In this document: positions 38,205 to 48,242 of the stretch, piece by piece
Layout: each line of letters starts with the position of its first letter
Position numbering within the stretch: the stretch's first letter is position 1
Assembly (NCBI GenBank): GCA_937863685.1
Contig: CALMGM010000012.1
Location: forward strand, 1,816-65,815
DNA: 64,000 bases
Source: an uncultured bacterium
GTDB taxonomy: Bacteria; Edwardsbacteria; AC1; EtOH8
Reading direction: 5' to 3'
Notes under the pieces: generated by a model
Told to the model about the DNA's origin: nothing
Databases searched by the model: none
The model's input: only the letters and a program-made list of their open reading frames with translations
Program-made: the position numbers and the translations under genes

Positions 38205-38233
38205 ACATCAGATCAACACCGGCCCGCCGCCTT
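38205..38233. repeat. Right copy of the direct repeat flanking the APH gene (CAGaTCAAcACCGGCCCGCCGCCTTC)
   Basis: Duplicate of 37309-37337, immediately downstream of the APH stop. In the +1 frame it would encode QINTGPPPSY, echoing QVNTGPPPSF in the upstream gene. Confidence 0.6.
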
Positions 38234-38330
38234 CGTATCGGAAGTTGCTGAAACAGGGCTGTAATTTCTATTTTCAATGTCTAGGATATTTTAACTTGAA
38301 AAGAACCCGGCATAAATGTTATGTTGAGAC

Positions 38331-39740
38331 ATGCACTCAAACCCAGTAAAATATCATAGAAAAGATTTTTGGCTGACGTCCGAAGCCGGCGGCCGGAAAG
38401 CTTATCATCCCTATTACATACAGAGGGAAAAGGCCTCGTTGCTGCAGTTGATCGGCAAGTGGAACGAGGCCGAGGCCATTATCCGCAGCAGCCTGGAATT
38501 TGCCGATTCCATGCCGAATGCCTGGCTGGGCGCCAAATGCCGGAGTCTGCTCAGCGCTATATTGATCCTGAAGGGGGATTATGACCAGGCTTTCCGGCTG
38601 GCCGACCAGGCGTCGGAAACCTTCCGTTCTCTGGGGGATCTCAAGGAGATGGCGCTGTCGCACAGCTATCTGGGCAATATCTTCTACAAGCAGTGCAATT
38701 ACGACAAGGCCATGGGTTATTATAAAGAGTACCTGGCGATGTCCGAAAAGGAGGGGAAACTGGAGGATGTGGGGCATGCCTTGGGGCTGATAGGGGTCAT
38801 CTACTACGACCAGGGCCGCTATGATGAAGCAATGGATTATTACCGTCGCCAGATGGAGACCCTTGAGAGTATCAACGACACTTTGCGGATGTCCTGGGCC
38901 CTGGGAAACATCGGCAACGTTTATCTGGACCGCGAGGATTACGCCGGGGCCATGGAATATTACCAGCGTTCCCTGATATGCAGCCGCAAGGCGGGAAATA
39001 AACAGGGGACCTGCATGACCGTGGGCAACATCGCCATCATTCAGGCCAAGACCGGGCGCTACCGGGAAGCCCTGGAGGGATACCGGGAACAGCAGTCCCT
39101 GGCCAATGAAATGGGCGACGAACGCATGGTGGCCTACACCATGGTCAACATGGGGGACCTGTATTACAACCAGGGACAGCTGGAACGGGCCAGGGAGTGT
39201 TATCTGGAACAGCTCCGGATATCCAATCTTTACGGCGACAAACCGATAACCAGTTTTGGCTACTACATGCTGGGCAAGCTGGAGAGATTGTCCGGCAATC
39301 TGGGGAGCTCTGAAAAGTATCTGGATCAGGCCACGGCCCTGGGGCGGGAGATAAACCTATTGCATTACCTGTGCTCGTATCTCTACCAGCAGGCCCTGAA
39401 TTACTGCGATACCGGCAGAGCGGAGCTGGCCGCAGCGACCGCCGGGGAGGCCCTGGAGATCGCCGGTCGGGTCTCCAACCGGGAGATCACCGTAAGCGGC
39501 AGCATATTGAAACTGAAGTTGAATTACCGGGATGACCGGGAGTCCTTGATCGAAAAGCTTCTGGCCCTGTCCTCCGAGTATGCCGAGCCGCGTTTCAAGG
39601 CAGAGATCGAATACGCCCTGTTCCACGCGAACCGTTCCGAAGAACACCGGGAGAAGGCCCTGGCGCTCTACCGCAGCCTTTTTGCCGTCACGCCGGAATA
39701 CGAACACCGGATTAAAATAGACGCACTGGAGACCGCCTGA
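38331..39740 (+). CDS. Tetratricopeptide-repeat (TPR) protein
   Basis: Many 34-residue repeats with the W-LG-Y / A-Y / A-P pattern (ALGNIGNVYLDREDYAGAMEYYQRSL and similar). Confidence 0.7.
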   Translation: MHSNPVKYHRKDFWLTSEAGGRKAYHPYYIQREKASLLQLIGKWNEAEAIIRSSLEFADSMPNAWLGAKCRSLLSAILILKGDYDQAFRLADQASETFRSLGDLKEMALSHSYLGNIFYKQCNYDKAMGYYKEYLAMSEKEGKLEDVGHALGLIGVIYYDQGRYDEAMDYYRRQMETLESINDTLRMSWALGNIGNVYLDREDYAGAMEYYQRSLICSRKAGNKQGTCMTVGNIAIIQAKTGRYREALEGYREQQSLANEMGDERMVAYTMVNMGDLYYNQGQLERARECYLEQLRISNLYGDKPITSFGYYMLGKLERLSGNLGSSEKYLDQATALGREINLLHYLCSYLYQQALNYCDTGRAELAAATAGEALEIAGRVSNREITVSGSILKLKLNYRDDRESLIEKLLALSSEYAEPRFKAEIEYALFHANRSEEHREKALALYRSLFAVTPEYEHRIKIDALETA

Positions 39741-39916
39741 ATCCGGTGTCCCAGCCGGCAATATCACCGAATAAAAGCCTTTCGTAAATCTTCGAAAGGC
39801 TTTTATTTTATGACTTTCAAATGTAAAACCCCCGATGAAAATATATGTTTATTTTGATTGACAAGGCCGATTTTATTCTGATATCATTCAATGTGATACT
39901 TTTTAACGAGAGGAAT

Positions 39917-40465
39917 ATGAAACAGTTAAGAGTTTTCTTGTTCATGCTTTTGACGACTGCCTCAGCCTCCGGGCTGCAGGCCCAGGACACCATAAAAGTG
40001 GGAGGGGCGGCCCCCACCTTCTTTCTGCCGGCCCTGGACGGCTCCCGGTTCTTTCTGTCCGAGCAGGTAGCCCCCAAGGGCCATAAAGCGGTGCTGCTGG
40101 ACTTTTACACCACCTGGTGCAAGCCCTGCCAGAAGGAGCTGCCCCTGCTGGACAGCCTGGTGAAAAGATATCCGTCCGATTCGCTGATAATGCTGCTGGT
40201 GGACGTAGGGGAGAAAAAGGACACCGTGCTCAAGTATTTCGACGCCGCCCGCTACCGTTGCACCGTCCTGCTGGACCAGTTCAACACCGTGGCCGACAAA
40301 TACAACGTCAAGAGCTTTCCCACCCTGGTGGTGATAGACGGCTCCGGGACCGTCCGCTTCATCGGGAACGGCTTCGACCAGAAAAAGGGGGTGGCCGAAC
40401 TGGGCAAGGTGCTGGACAGGGTGATTTACCAGAAAAAGATAAAAATCAAAAAAGCCAAGAGGTGA
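39917..40465 (+). CDS. TlpA/ResA-like periplasmic thiol-disulfide oxidoreductase (thioredoxin fold) with a signal peptide
   Basis: WCKPC active site in the context LLDFYTTWCKPCQKELP. The start is moved to the Met before the signal peptide MKQLRVFLFMLLTTASA. Confidence 0.75.
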   Translation: MKQLRVFLFMLLTTASASGLQAQDTIKVGGAAPTFFLPALDGSRFFLSEQVAPKGHKAVLLDFYTTWCKPCQKELPLLDSLVKRYPSDSLIMLLVDVGEKKDTVLKYFDAARYRCTVLLDQFNTVADKYNVKSFPTLVVIDGSGTVRFIGNGFDQKKGVAELGKVLDRVIYQKKIKIKKAKR

Positions 40466-40468
40466 AGC

Positions 40469-41779
40469 ATGACGAAATATAGAATCCTGATCCCGGTTCT
40501 GCTGCTGTTGCTGCCGGCCCTGTCCCGGGGCCAGGAGAAGACCGCGGTGGCGGTGCTGCAGTTCGAGCCCCGCAACATCAGCCAGGCCGAGGCGGTGATC
40601 CTTTCGGACCGTTTGCGGGCCGAGCTGGTGAACACCCGCCATTTCAACGTGCTGGAGCGGGAGCAGATGGACAAGATCCTCCGGGAGCAGAAATTCCAGC
40701 TGACCGGAGCCTGCAGCGACGCCTCCTGCCTGGTCCAGGTGGGGCAGCTGATGGCGGTGTCCAAGATGATGGGCGGGACCATCTCCAAGATCGGCAATAC
40801 CTACACCGTCCAGGCCCGGGTGATAGACGTGGAGAAGGGGGTCATCGAGACCGAGGTCTCCCAGGATTTCACCGGGACCATCGAGGATCTCCAGCAGTGG
40901 GGCATGAAAAAAGTGGTCTGGAAGATGGTGCCCTCGGCCAGCCTGTTCGTCTCCTCCATTCCCGGCGATGCCGAGATCTATTGGGATCTGAGGAAAGTGG
41001 GAAGGACCGATTTCAAGATAGAGAACGAGGGGCTGGGGTCGCACCGCCTGATCATCAAGAAACCGGGCTATGAGGACTACGACGGGACGGTGGAACTCAA
41101 GGAGGTCAAGGATTACGACATCAAGATCCGCCTGACCACCAAGGAGTATTCGGTGCGGGTGGACGGCACGCCAAAGGGCGCCCAGGTGGTGATGAACGAC
41201 ACCGTCAAACTGGGCACCATACCCTGCATGACCAAGCTTCCTTTCGGCACCTACAATTTCAAGATCAAGGCCAAAGGCTATAACCAAAACGCCGGACTGC
41301 TGACCATCGATCGCGACCAGAATTACAGCCTGAATCTGAACCTCAAGCGCAAGTCCCGGACCAGGGCCGCCATTTCGTCGCTGTTCCTTCCGGGGAGCGG
41401 CCAGAGATATTCCAACCGCCCGGTAATGGGGGCATTCTACCTTCTGACTGGAATTGGCAGTCTGTCAGTTACAATGGTAAGCATTTTCAAAAAGGTGGAT
41501 GCCCAGAAATCTTATGATGACAAGTGGAATGATTATCTGGCCGCCAGCAATGCAGTGGATGCCGAGGCAAAATATACAGAAAGCAGCATAGCTTACAACG
41601 AACTAGATGCCAGGGACAAGGACCTTAAGACCGCCATAACCATCGCTGCTTCGGTTTGGAGCCTGACCTTCCTGGATGCCATCGTATTTTTCCCCGGCAA
41701 GCCCAAGGTACAGGTCGCTCCGGTGCCGGACCAGACCGGCGCCTTGAAGACCACGGCCACCCTAACTTACAGCTGGTGA
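40469..41779 (+). CDS. Secreted protein with a CsgG-like N-terminal domain, two PEGA domains and a C-terminal TM segment
   Basis: Signal peptide; N-terminal pattern AVLQFEP..LSDRLRAELVNTRHFNVLERE..GGTISKIG..VQARVIDVEKGVI resembles CsgG/TolB_N-like domains; PEGA-like SIPGDAEIYWD and TPKGAQVVMND; hydrophobic helix near residue 330. Confidence 0.55.
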   Translation: MTKYRILIPVLLLLLPALSRGQEKTAVAVLQFEPRNISQAEAVILSDRLRAELVNTRHFNVLEREQMDKILREQKFQLTGACSDASCLVQVGQLMAVSKMMGGTISKIGNTYTVQARVIDVEKGVIETEVSQDFTGTIEDLQQWGMKKVVWKMVPSASLFVSSIPGDAEIYWDLRKVGRTDFKIENEGLGSHRLIIKKPGYEDYDGTVELKEVKDYDIKIRLTTKEYSVRVDGTPKGAQVVMNDTVKLGTIPCMTKLPFGTYNFKIKAKGYNQNAGLLTIDRDQNYSLNLNLKRKSRTRAAISSLFLPGSGQRYSNRPVMGAFYLLTGIGSLSVTMVSIFKKVDAQKSYDDKWNDYLAASNAVDAEAKYTESSIAYNELDARDKDLKTAITIAASVWSLTFLDAIVFFPGKPKVQVAPVPDQTGALKTTATLTYSW

Positions 41780-41780
41780 G

Positions 41781-42770
41781 GTGAAGATGATTAAAAAGAT
41801 ATTTAACCACGACGTCATTCTGAGACAGACAACTGGCCGCACCGGCGAAGAATCAGATCCTTCGGCTTGCCGGGCGGGAAGCCATACTCAGGATGACGAA
41901 AGGAATGACAGAAGATTTAGAACATTTGGAAGCATTATTATATCTGCCTGTGCCATGCTCTATCTGGCCCTGTCCGGATGCAGCATGCCGGCGGCGCCCA
42001 CTCACAGCAACCCGCTTGACCCCGAAAATCCCGATTTCACCGGACCCGGGGTGGAGATAATTTCGCCGGTCGAGGGAGCATCTATAGCATCCGGTACGGC
42101 CACCATTCATCTGCACGGGTCCGGTCCCGATTACGAATATTCCTACAAGCTGGACGGGGCTTCGGACTGGAACACGCCGTGGGATCCCGACACCATCTTC
42201 ACCATTTCCAACCTTACTGAGGGAGCGCACACCATCCAGGCTGTAGCCCGGGACAAAGGGGGCTATATGGGCATTCCTACCCCGGTGCGCAGTTTCATCA
42301 TCAACCAGTATGCCAACACCGTGCTGATGTATCCGCCAGTCCAGACCATTGTCGTGGGAGACACCGCCGAGGTGTGGTGCGAGATGGAGGACATGGCCAC
42401 GCCGGTCTCGGCGATCGAGCTGGTGATCTATATGAGCAATTACTGGATAGTGGATACCCTCAGCGCCTGCGCCGACACCGGGTATCACTGGGCCAGCAAC
42501 GGAGGCTCGCCCATGGGCCCGTTCTTCAGCGATTACGGCTCCAATTATTATATGATTGTCAGCCTGGGGGTGGCCGGAGGGAGCCCGGCCGGGGTGAGCG
42601 GAACCGGCAGGATATTCAAGATCCAGGCCGCTGGGGTGGCGGTTGGCACAACCTATATGTATGTGAATAACATATATGCCCGGGATACTTTGAACAGTCC
42701 GATAACCGTGACCAATCCCTACAAGTACGCATACATATATGTCACTTCCGGCAAGGAGGGCGGGAAATGA
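41781..42770 (+). CDS. Hypothetical lipoprotein (the likely true start is near 41955: MLYLALSGCS) with a beta-sandwich/cohesin-like C-terminal region
   Basis: Lipobox LALSGC. The annotated 5' end (41781-41950) overlaps a palindromic repeat copy and is probably non-coding. No confident domain. Confidence 0.45.
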   Translation: MKMIKKIFNHDVILRQTTGRTGEESDPSACRAGSHTQDDERNDRRFRTFGSIIISACAMLYLALSGCSMPAAPTHSNPLDPENPDFTGPGVEIISPVEGASIASGTATIHLHGSGPDYEYSYKLDGASDWNTPWDPDTIFTISNLTEGAHTIQAVARDKGGYMGIPTPVRSFIINQYANTVLMYPPVQTIVVGDTAEVWCEMEDMATPVSAIELVIYMSNYWIVDTLSACADTGYHWASNGGSPMGPFFSDYGSNYYMIVSLGVAGGSPAGVSGTGRIFKIQAAGVAVGTTYMYVNNIYARDTLNSPITVTNPYKYAYIYVTSGKEGGK

Positions 42771-45700
42771 AGAAGATATTATTGATGACGCTGGCGCTGG
42801 CCGCGATGGCTGGTGTGGGGATGGCAGATTCTTTGAATATTTATACTGTTGGCAACTATAGCCTACCGAGTTATGAATGTTACGATTGTGCAATTACTAA
42901 TAATTATGCATATATTGCAAATAACGATTCAGGCTTACGCGTTATTAACATAATTGATAAAAGTAATCCAGTTGAAGTAGGATCTTGGAATCCAATAGGC
43001 ATTAAAATTTATGGAATTGCAATTGAAGGTAATTACGCTTATGTGGCCGCATACGATTCTGGTTTAACCATATTAAATATATCAAATCCTACCAATCCAG
43101 TGAAAGTGAGTAATATCAATACACCGGGTACCGCTTTAAAAGTGAAAATATATAATGGGTACGCATATGTTGTATGCCAAACAGGTGGATTAAGAATAAT
43201 CGATATTTCGGACACATTAAACCCAATTGAGGTGGGGGCGCCCAGCACAACAGTACAACCAAATGATGTGTTTATCGTTGATACACTTGCTTATGTTGCT
43301 GATATGAATTACGGATTGAGAATTATTAGCGTTGCTGACGGCGCCAATCCATATGAAATTGGGAATTACCTGACATCATTCCCGGGGCGTACAGAAACGG
43401 TGTTCGTTTCTGGATCTTATGCCTATATTTCTGATGGAGATACATTGCGGATAATTGATGTTTCAACGCCCAGTGCACCAACTTTAGCCGGTAGTTATAT
43501 TACAGCTGGGTCATCCATACATGGTATTTATGTAAATAAAAATCTAGTGTACTTGGCAAATAATGAATACAGTTTGCGGGTACTGGATATAACATCAATA
43601 TCAACACCAACTGAAGTAGGCTATTATGGTGTCACTAGTAGTTATTCAAAAAGGGTAGTGGTTGATGGGGGATATATCCATCTTGTTTCCAGTACAAGTA
43701 TACCCACTCAACGTTTTATGATTTTAAGGGGTTATAACGGATTGGGCGTTTATAAGCCTTCATTAATTTCTCCATCTAATAATTTTACCTTTAATATTTC
43801 TACGCCCAGTTTCCTTTGGAATAGTGTCGATACTGCCACATCATACCGCCTGCAAATATCCCCGTTCACCAACTTCTCTTCGCTGACCTACAACCAGACC
43901 ACTACCGACACATTTATAACTTCATCAGCCTTGCCCGACAACTGGTACTACTGGCGGGTGAAGGCCTACAGCGCCACCGATTCCAGCGAGTGGTCCGAGG
44001 TGCGGCAGTTCAGCGTGGCCACCACCACGGTGGGCATTCCCACGCTCATTTTCCCCCCGGCCGACACCGTCACCAACGACAGCTTTCCCAACTTCGACTG
44101 GAGCGACGTGGCTGGCGCCACCCAGTACCAGTTGCAGGTGGCCAGGGGCACCCGCTGGCTCTACGCTGCGGACTATTACAACGGCATCTACACCTTCAAC
44201 GCGTCCGACTCTTCGGCGGTCACCCAGGCCTCGCGGGCCGGCCTTGGTTACGTGCAGCGGCTGCTTGTCGAAGGCAAATATCTTTACGCCAACTACAACA
44301 ACTCCACCGTCTATATCTACGACATCTCCGATCCCTACAACCTGGCACCGGTGTCCAATTTCGCCATCAGCCACTACTCCGTGGCGGTCAAGGATACTTT
44401 CCTGTTCGTGGCCAGCAGCAGCTACGGCCTGCGGGTGATGAACATCGCGAACCCGGCCCTGCCGATGGCCGTGGCCAGCTGCGACAGTCCTTCCAGCGTG
44501 CATGACGTCAAGGTGCGGGGCAGCCACGCCTACATGCTGTCCGGCGGCTATCTGAAGGTGGTGGACATCAGCAACCCACTGAACCCGGTGATCACAGGAA
44601 CGGTGCCCGAGGCCAACGGAGTCGTTCTGGACGTGGACAGTGTCCACGCCTACGTGGCGTCCAATTCCTACGGCCTGCAGGTGGTGGACATTTCCAACCC
44701 CGCGGCCCCGGTCAACCAGGGCAGTGTCGACCCCAGCGGCTCGTGCCGCAGGGTCAAGGTGTCCGGGCAGTACGCCTACGTGGCGGGCGATGGGGGGATG
44801 CGGGTGATCAGCGTGGCCAACCCGTCCAATCCGGTGGTGTTCGGGACCTACATCGGCTCCTCCGACTTCTCCGACATCGATTTGGTCGGCCACGACGCCT
44901 ACCTGGCGGACAACAGCAGCACCGTTTCCATCGTCAGCGTCGCCGACCCATATAATCCGGTGCTGAAGGGTTACGCCAACACTTCGAACTTTAATTACGC
45001 CGTCGCGGCCAAGGATACGTTCATGGCCATCACCAACGACAGTGTGGTGACGGCGTCGGACTGCGCGGCCGACAGCTTCGACGGCGACGGCCGCTACTAC
45101 TGGCGGGTCCGGGCCGGGGCGGGCTCCTGGGGCTCCTACAGCGAGGCGCGGCGGCTGATCATGGATACTCAGCCGCCCTGGGTGCCGACCCTACAGACGC
45201 CGGCCGACCAAGCTTTGATCAACACGCCGTCCCCGTATTTCCTGTACTCCACGGCGGGCGGCTACCGCTACCGCTTCCAGGTGGCCAGCGACACTGGGTT
45301 TGCCGTGGTCGAGGCTGATACCATTGCGCCTGCACCTGGTTGTACGTTGAAAACAGTGCTGGGAGATGGCCACCATTATTGGCGGGGCAAGGCCATGGAT
45401 CTGGCCGAGAACTGGTCTGACTGGTCGGGGCGGTACATGTTCCGGCTGGACAGCAAAGCGCCGGAAGCGCCCGGGGGGATCACTGCCAACGGTGCCAGCC
45501 CCAGCCCCTGGACCAAGACCAACAGCTTCTCCATAAGCTTCATTCCGCCGTTCGACAGTTCCGGAATATACCGGTATTTTTACAAGAAGGGCAGCGCTCC
45601 GTCTTCCAACTACGACACCACTTACTACGGCATGGCCTGGAACCCGCCGATAAGCGAGACAGCGGTGGGCGCAGGCATCACGCCGTTCTACGTCTGGGCC

Positions 45701-48181
45701 CGCGATACCGCCGGCAACCTGGATTACCGCAACGCAGCCAAGGTGGACATGAGATATGATTCCATCCCTCCGCAGGGAGCGGCGGCGCACTCCAACGAGT
45801 TCAGTCGCACCGCCAGTTTCACCGTCAGCTGGAACGCTGGCAGCGATCAGGGCGGGTCGGGGCTCAACAACCACTACTGGATTAAGCTCAAGACCAACAG
45901 CGGCGCCTGGACAGACCTCAACACCTACTACACCGGCACCTCTTACGTCCACAGCGGCGTCCAGGGCAGCAAGTATTACTTCGAGGTGGCGGCGCTGGAC
46001 TCGGCAGGAAACAACGAGGTCTTCAGCGGCGCGGCCGAATGCAGCACTCTGGTGGATAATACCATCACCAGCCCCATTCTGGTCCTGCCTTATAACGGTG
46101 ACATCCAGGACACCTCTGCCACGGTCTTCCTGTGGCAGAAGGCCATGGCCCAAACCGGTTCGCGTCTGCAGTGCTCGTATGATTCTTCCTTCAGCACGCT
46201 GGTCAAGGACACCCTCCTGGCGGCCGACAGCACCGGCACCCTGACCCTGGGTGATTCCCTTTACTACTGGCGGGTCCGGGGCGAGAACTCGGGGACCGAC
46301 ACCAGCGGATGGTCGCCAGCCCGCACCTTGCGGATAGACACCCAGGCCCCGGCGGCCCCGGCCCTGGCCACACCCGGCAATGACAGCCTTACCAACGACA
46401 ACACCCCGCAGTTCAGCTGGAGCGCGGTGGCGGGTGCGGTCTCATACCAGCTGACAATAAGCCCGGACAGCCTGTTCGGCGGCCTGGCGGTCGATGAAAC
46501 GATAGATACCACGACTTATACCATTCAGACGATTCTGCCGGACAGCGCTTATCACTGGAAGGTGAGGGCCGGAGATGCGGCCGGCAACTGGTCGCCATAC
46601 TCCGCCCGGCGCAAATTTACCGTGGACACCAAGGCCCCGGCGGTGCCGGTATTGGTCACGCCTTCTGATATTGCCAATCTGAGCACCAATATGCCGCGAT
46701 TCACCTGGAATTCCTCGTCCCAAGCCATCCGGTATCAGCTGCAGGTGGCCAATAATACTTCGTTTGCGCCGCTGGAGACCGACACCGCCCTGGCCGACAC
46801 CTCGGCCGTCCCGGTCTGGGGGGTCAATGACGGGACCCACTACTGGCGGGTGCGATGCCGCGACCTGGCCGGCAATTGGTCGGCCTACAGCAATTACCGC
46901 ACCCTCAACATCAGCGGGATCCTGCAGGTGGCCCTGATCACCCCTGACACCGCCCAGGTGTGGCAGCCCGGCCAGTCTATTTGGATCCAGTTCACCAAGC
47001 CCCTGTATACCGGATACATCGACACCATACACGTCAAGGTGCGTGGGAAACATACTTCCATCATCAGGCAGAGCCTGACCTGGCAGGCGGCCAGCCGTAC
47101 TTTGCTGATATCGCCCGACAGCACTTTTGCCGCCAACGACACCATCACGGTATTCCTGCACGGCACCCTGCGCGATTCGGCCAACGTCTCCACCCTGGAT
47201 GGCAACAACAACGGGACCGCCGCCGGGGATTCCTCCGACAGCTACCAGATGACCTTCTACACCTCATATTTCGGGGACTACGACGGCAACCGGCTGGTCA
47301 ATGCCGCCGACCTGGGGATGTTCGCCTGGGCTTGGTACCAGCCGGCCTATTACCGGATGTTCGAGGCCGGTCCCTTGGGCGGCACCTGGCCGCACCAGCG
47401 GGTGTACGTGGGAGGCGCCACACGGATCGATTTTGAGGACCTGAGCGGCTTCATCTACTCCTGGAACCGGGCCGACAACCCCAAATCAGCCAAGTCCGGC
47501 GGTTATCAGGACGGGCCGGTCAGCCTAGGGGCGGTGCCCGGAGAAAAATTGAAGCTGGCAGCCAGGATATCTCCGGAGATCAGTTTTGCCTCAATGGATG
47601 CCGAGATCGGATTCGACCAATCGCTGCTTACGGTCAAAGCGCTGGAAGCATCGGATCTCTGGCAGGGGGGAGACAAACCGCAGCTGTTCTTCAGCAAGCA
47701 GAGGGAGGGAAGGACCGTCATCAGCGCCGCCAAATGGCAGGAGGGCCGGGAGCTTTCCGGAGATCTGTTCTCCATGACCTTCGAGGGGAGCCAGGCCAGC
47801 CAGACCCCGGTCACCCTTTCTTACCGGCTGTACGACGCCCAGGGGGCCGAGATCTGCAGCGGGAACACCGCCCTGACATTGAATGCCGGCCCCGGCATCC
47901 CGGCCGGATTCTTCCTGGGCCGGGCCGCCCCCAACCCGTCCAACCGGCCGGTGGCCATCAGCTACCAGCTGCCCAAGCAAGCCCGCGTCAGGCTGGAGGT
48001 ATACAACATTGCCGGACAGCATATCTCCACCTTGGTTGATGCCGTCCAAGAAGCCGGATATTACAGCCGATCATGGAATCTTAAAGATCGCAGCCAACAA
48101 CGGGTGGCCAATGGCATCTATTTCTACAAGCTGACGGCCGGGGAATACCAGAACGTGGGCAAGATGGTGCTGATCAGATAA
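42767..48181 (+). CDS. Giant (1804 aa) secreted surface protein: two LVIVD-repeat beta-propellers, multiple FN3-like modules with a YYWRVRA signature, a dockerin-like motif and a T9SS C-terminal sorting domain
   Basis: Signal peptide. LVIVD-type repeats (YAYVAAYDSGLTILNISNP, YAYVVCQTGGLRIIDISD ..) at aa 30-330 and again at aa 470-760. Six or more modules end in WS.YS..R.F..DT.AP. GDYDGNRLVNAADL is dockerin-like. The C-terminus is GIYFYKLTAGEYQNVGKMVLIR. Confidence 0.75.
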   Translation: MKKILLMTLALAAMAGVGMADSLNIYTVGNYSLPSYECYDCAITNNYAYIANNDSGLRVINIIDKSNPVEVGSWNPIGIKIYGIAIEGNYAYVAAYDSGLTILNISNPTNPVKVSNINTPGTALKVKIYNGYAYVVCQTGGLRIIDISDTLNPIEVGAPSTTVQPNDVFIVDTLAYVADMNYGLRIISVADGANPYEIGNYLTSFPGRTETVFVSGSYAYISDGDTLRIIDVSTPSAPTLAGSYITAGSSIHGIYVNKNLVYLANNEYSLRVLDITSISTPTEVGYYGVTSSYSKRVVVDGGYIHLVSSTSIPTQRFMILRGYNGLGVYKPSLISPSNNFTFNISTPSFLWNSVDTATSYRLQISPFTNFSSLTYNQTTTDTFITSSALPDNWYYWRVKAYSATDSSEWSEVRQFSVATTTVGIPTLIFPPADTVTNDSFPNFDWSDVAGATQYQLQVARGTRWLYAADYYNGIYTFNASDSSAVTQASRAGLGYVQRLLVEGKYLYANYNNSTVYIYDISDPYNLAPVSNFAISHYSVAVKDTFLFVASSSYGLRVMNIANPALPMAVASCDSPSSVHDVKVRGSHAYMLSGGYLKVVDISNPLNPVITGTVPEANGVVLDVDSVHAYVASNSYGLQVVDISNPAAPVNQGSVDPSGSCRRVKVSGQYAYVAGDGGMRVISVANPSNPVVFGTYIGSSDFSDIDLVGHDAYLADNSSTVSIVSVADPYNPVLKGYANTSNFNYAVAAKDTFMAITNDSVVTASDCAADSFDGDGRYYWRVRAGAGSWGSYSEARRLIMDTQPPWVPTLQTPADQALINTPSPYFLYSTAGGYRYRFQVASDTGFAVVEADTIAPAPGCTLKTVLGDGHHYWRGKAMDLAENWSDWSGRYMFRLDSKAPEAPGGITANGASPSPWTKTNSFSISFIPPFDSSGIYRYFYKKGSAPSSNYDTTYYGMAWNPPISETAVGAGITPFYVWARDTAGNLDYRNAAKVDMRYDSIPPQGAAAHSNEFSRTASFTVSWNAGSDQGGSGLNNHYWIKLKTNSGAWTDLNTYYTGTSYVHSGVQGSKYYFEVAALDSAGNNEVFSGAAECSTLVDNTITSPILVLPYNGDIQDTSATVFLWQKAMAQTGSRLQCSYDSSFSTLVKDTLLAADSTGTLTLGDSLYYWRVRGENSGTDTSGWSPARTLRIDTQAPAAPALATPGNDSLTNDNTPQFSWSAVAGAVSYQLTISPDSLFGGLAVDETIDTTTYTIQTILPDSAYHWKVRAGDAAGNWSPYSARRKFTVDTKAPAVPVLVTPSDIANLSTNMPRFTWNSSSQAIRYQLQVANNTSFAPLETDTALADTSAVPVWGVNDGTHYWRVRCRDLAGNWSAYSNYRTLNISGILQVALITPDTAQVWQPGQSIWIQFTKPLYTGYIDTIHVKVRGKHTSIIRQSLTWQAASRTLLISPDSTFAANDTITVFLHGTLRDSANVSTLDGNNNGTAAGDSSDSYQMTFYTSYFGDYDGNRLVNAADLGMFAWAWYQPAYYRMFEAGPLGGTWPHQRVYVGGATRIDFEDLSGFIYSWNRADNPKSAKSGGYQDGPVSLGAVPGEKLKLAARISPEISFASMDAEIGFDQSLLTVKALEASDLWQGGDKPQLFFSKQREGRTVISAAKWQEGRELSGDLFSMTFEGSQASQTPVTLSYRLYDAQGAEICSGNTALTLNAGPGIPAGFFLGRAAPNPSNRPVAISYQLPKQARVRLEVYNIAGQHISTLVDAVQEAGYYSRSWNLKDRSQQRVANGIYFYKLTAGEYQNVGKMVLIR

Positions 48182-48242
48182 ATGGCTTGACAACCTGCCA
48201 AACGATGTTATATCATTCAATAAACACAATAGGAGCATCATT

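Noticed and set aside
39962-41287. 441-aa minus-strand ORF
   Set aside because: Antisense across the TlpA and PEGA genes, both of which have clear domain support on the plus strand.
43925-46153. Several 200-320-aa minus-strand ORFs and short plus-strand alternate-frame ORFs inside the giant surface protein gene
   Set aside because: All lie within the well-supported 1804-aa plus-strand ORF in a ~65% GC segment. Their His/Arg/Gly/Val-rich translations are typical GC artefacts.
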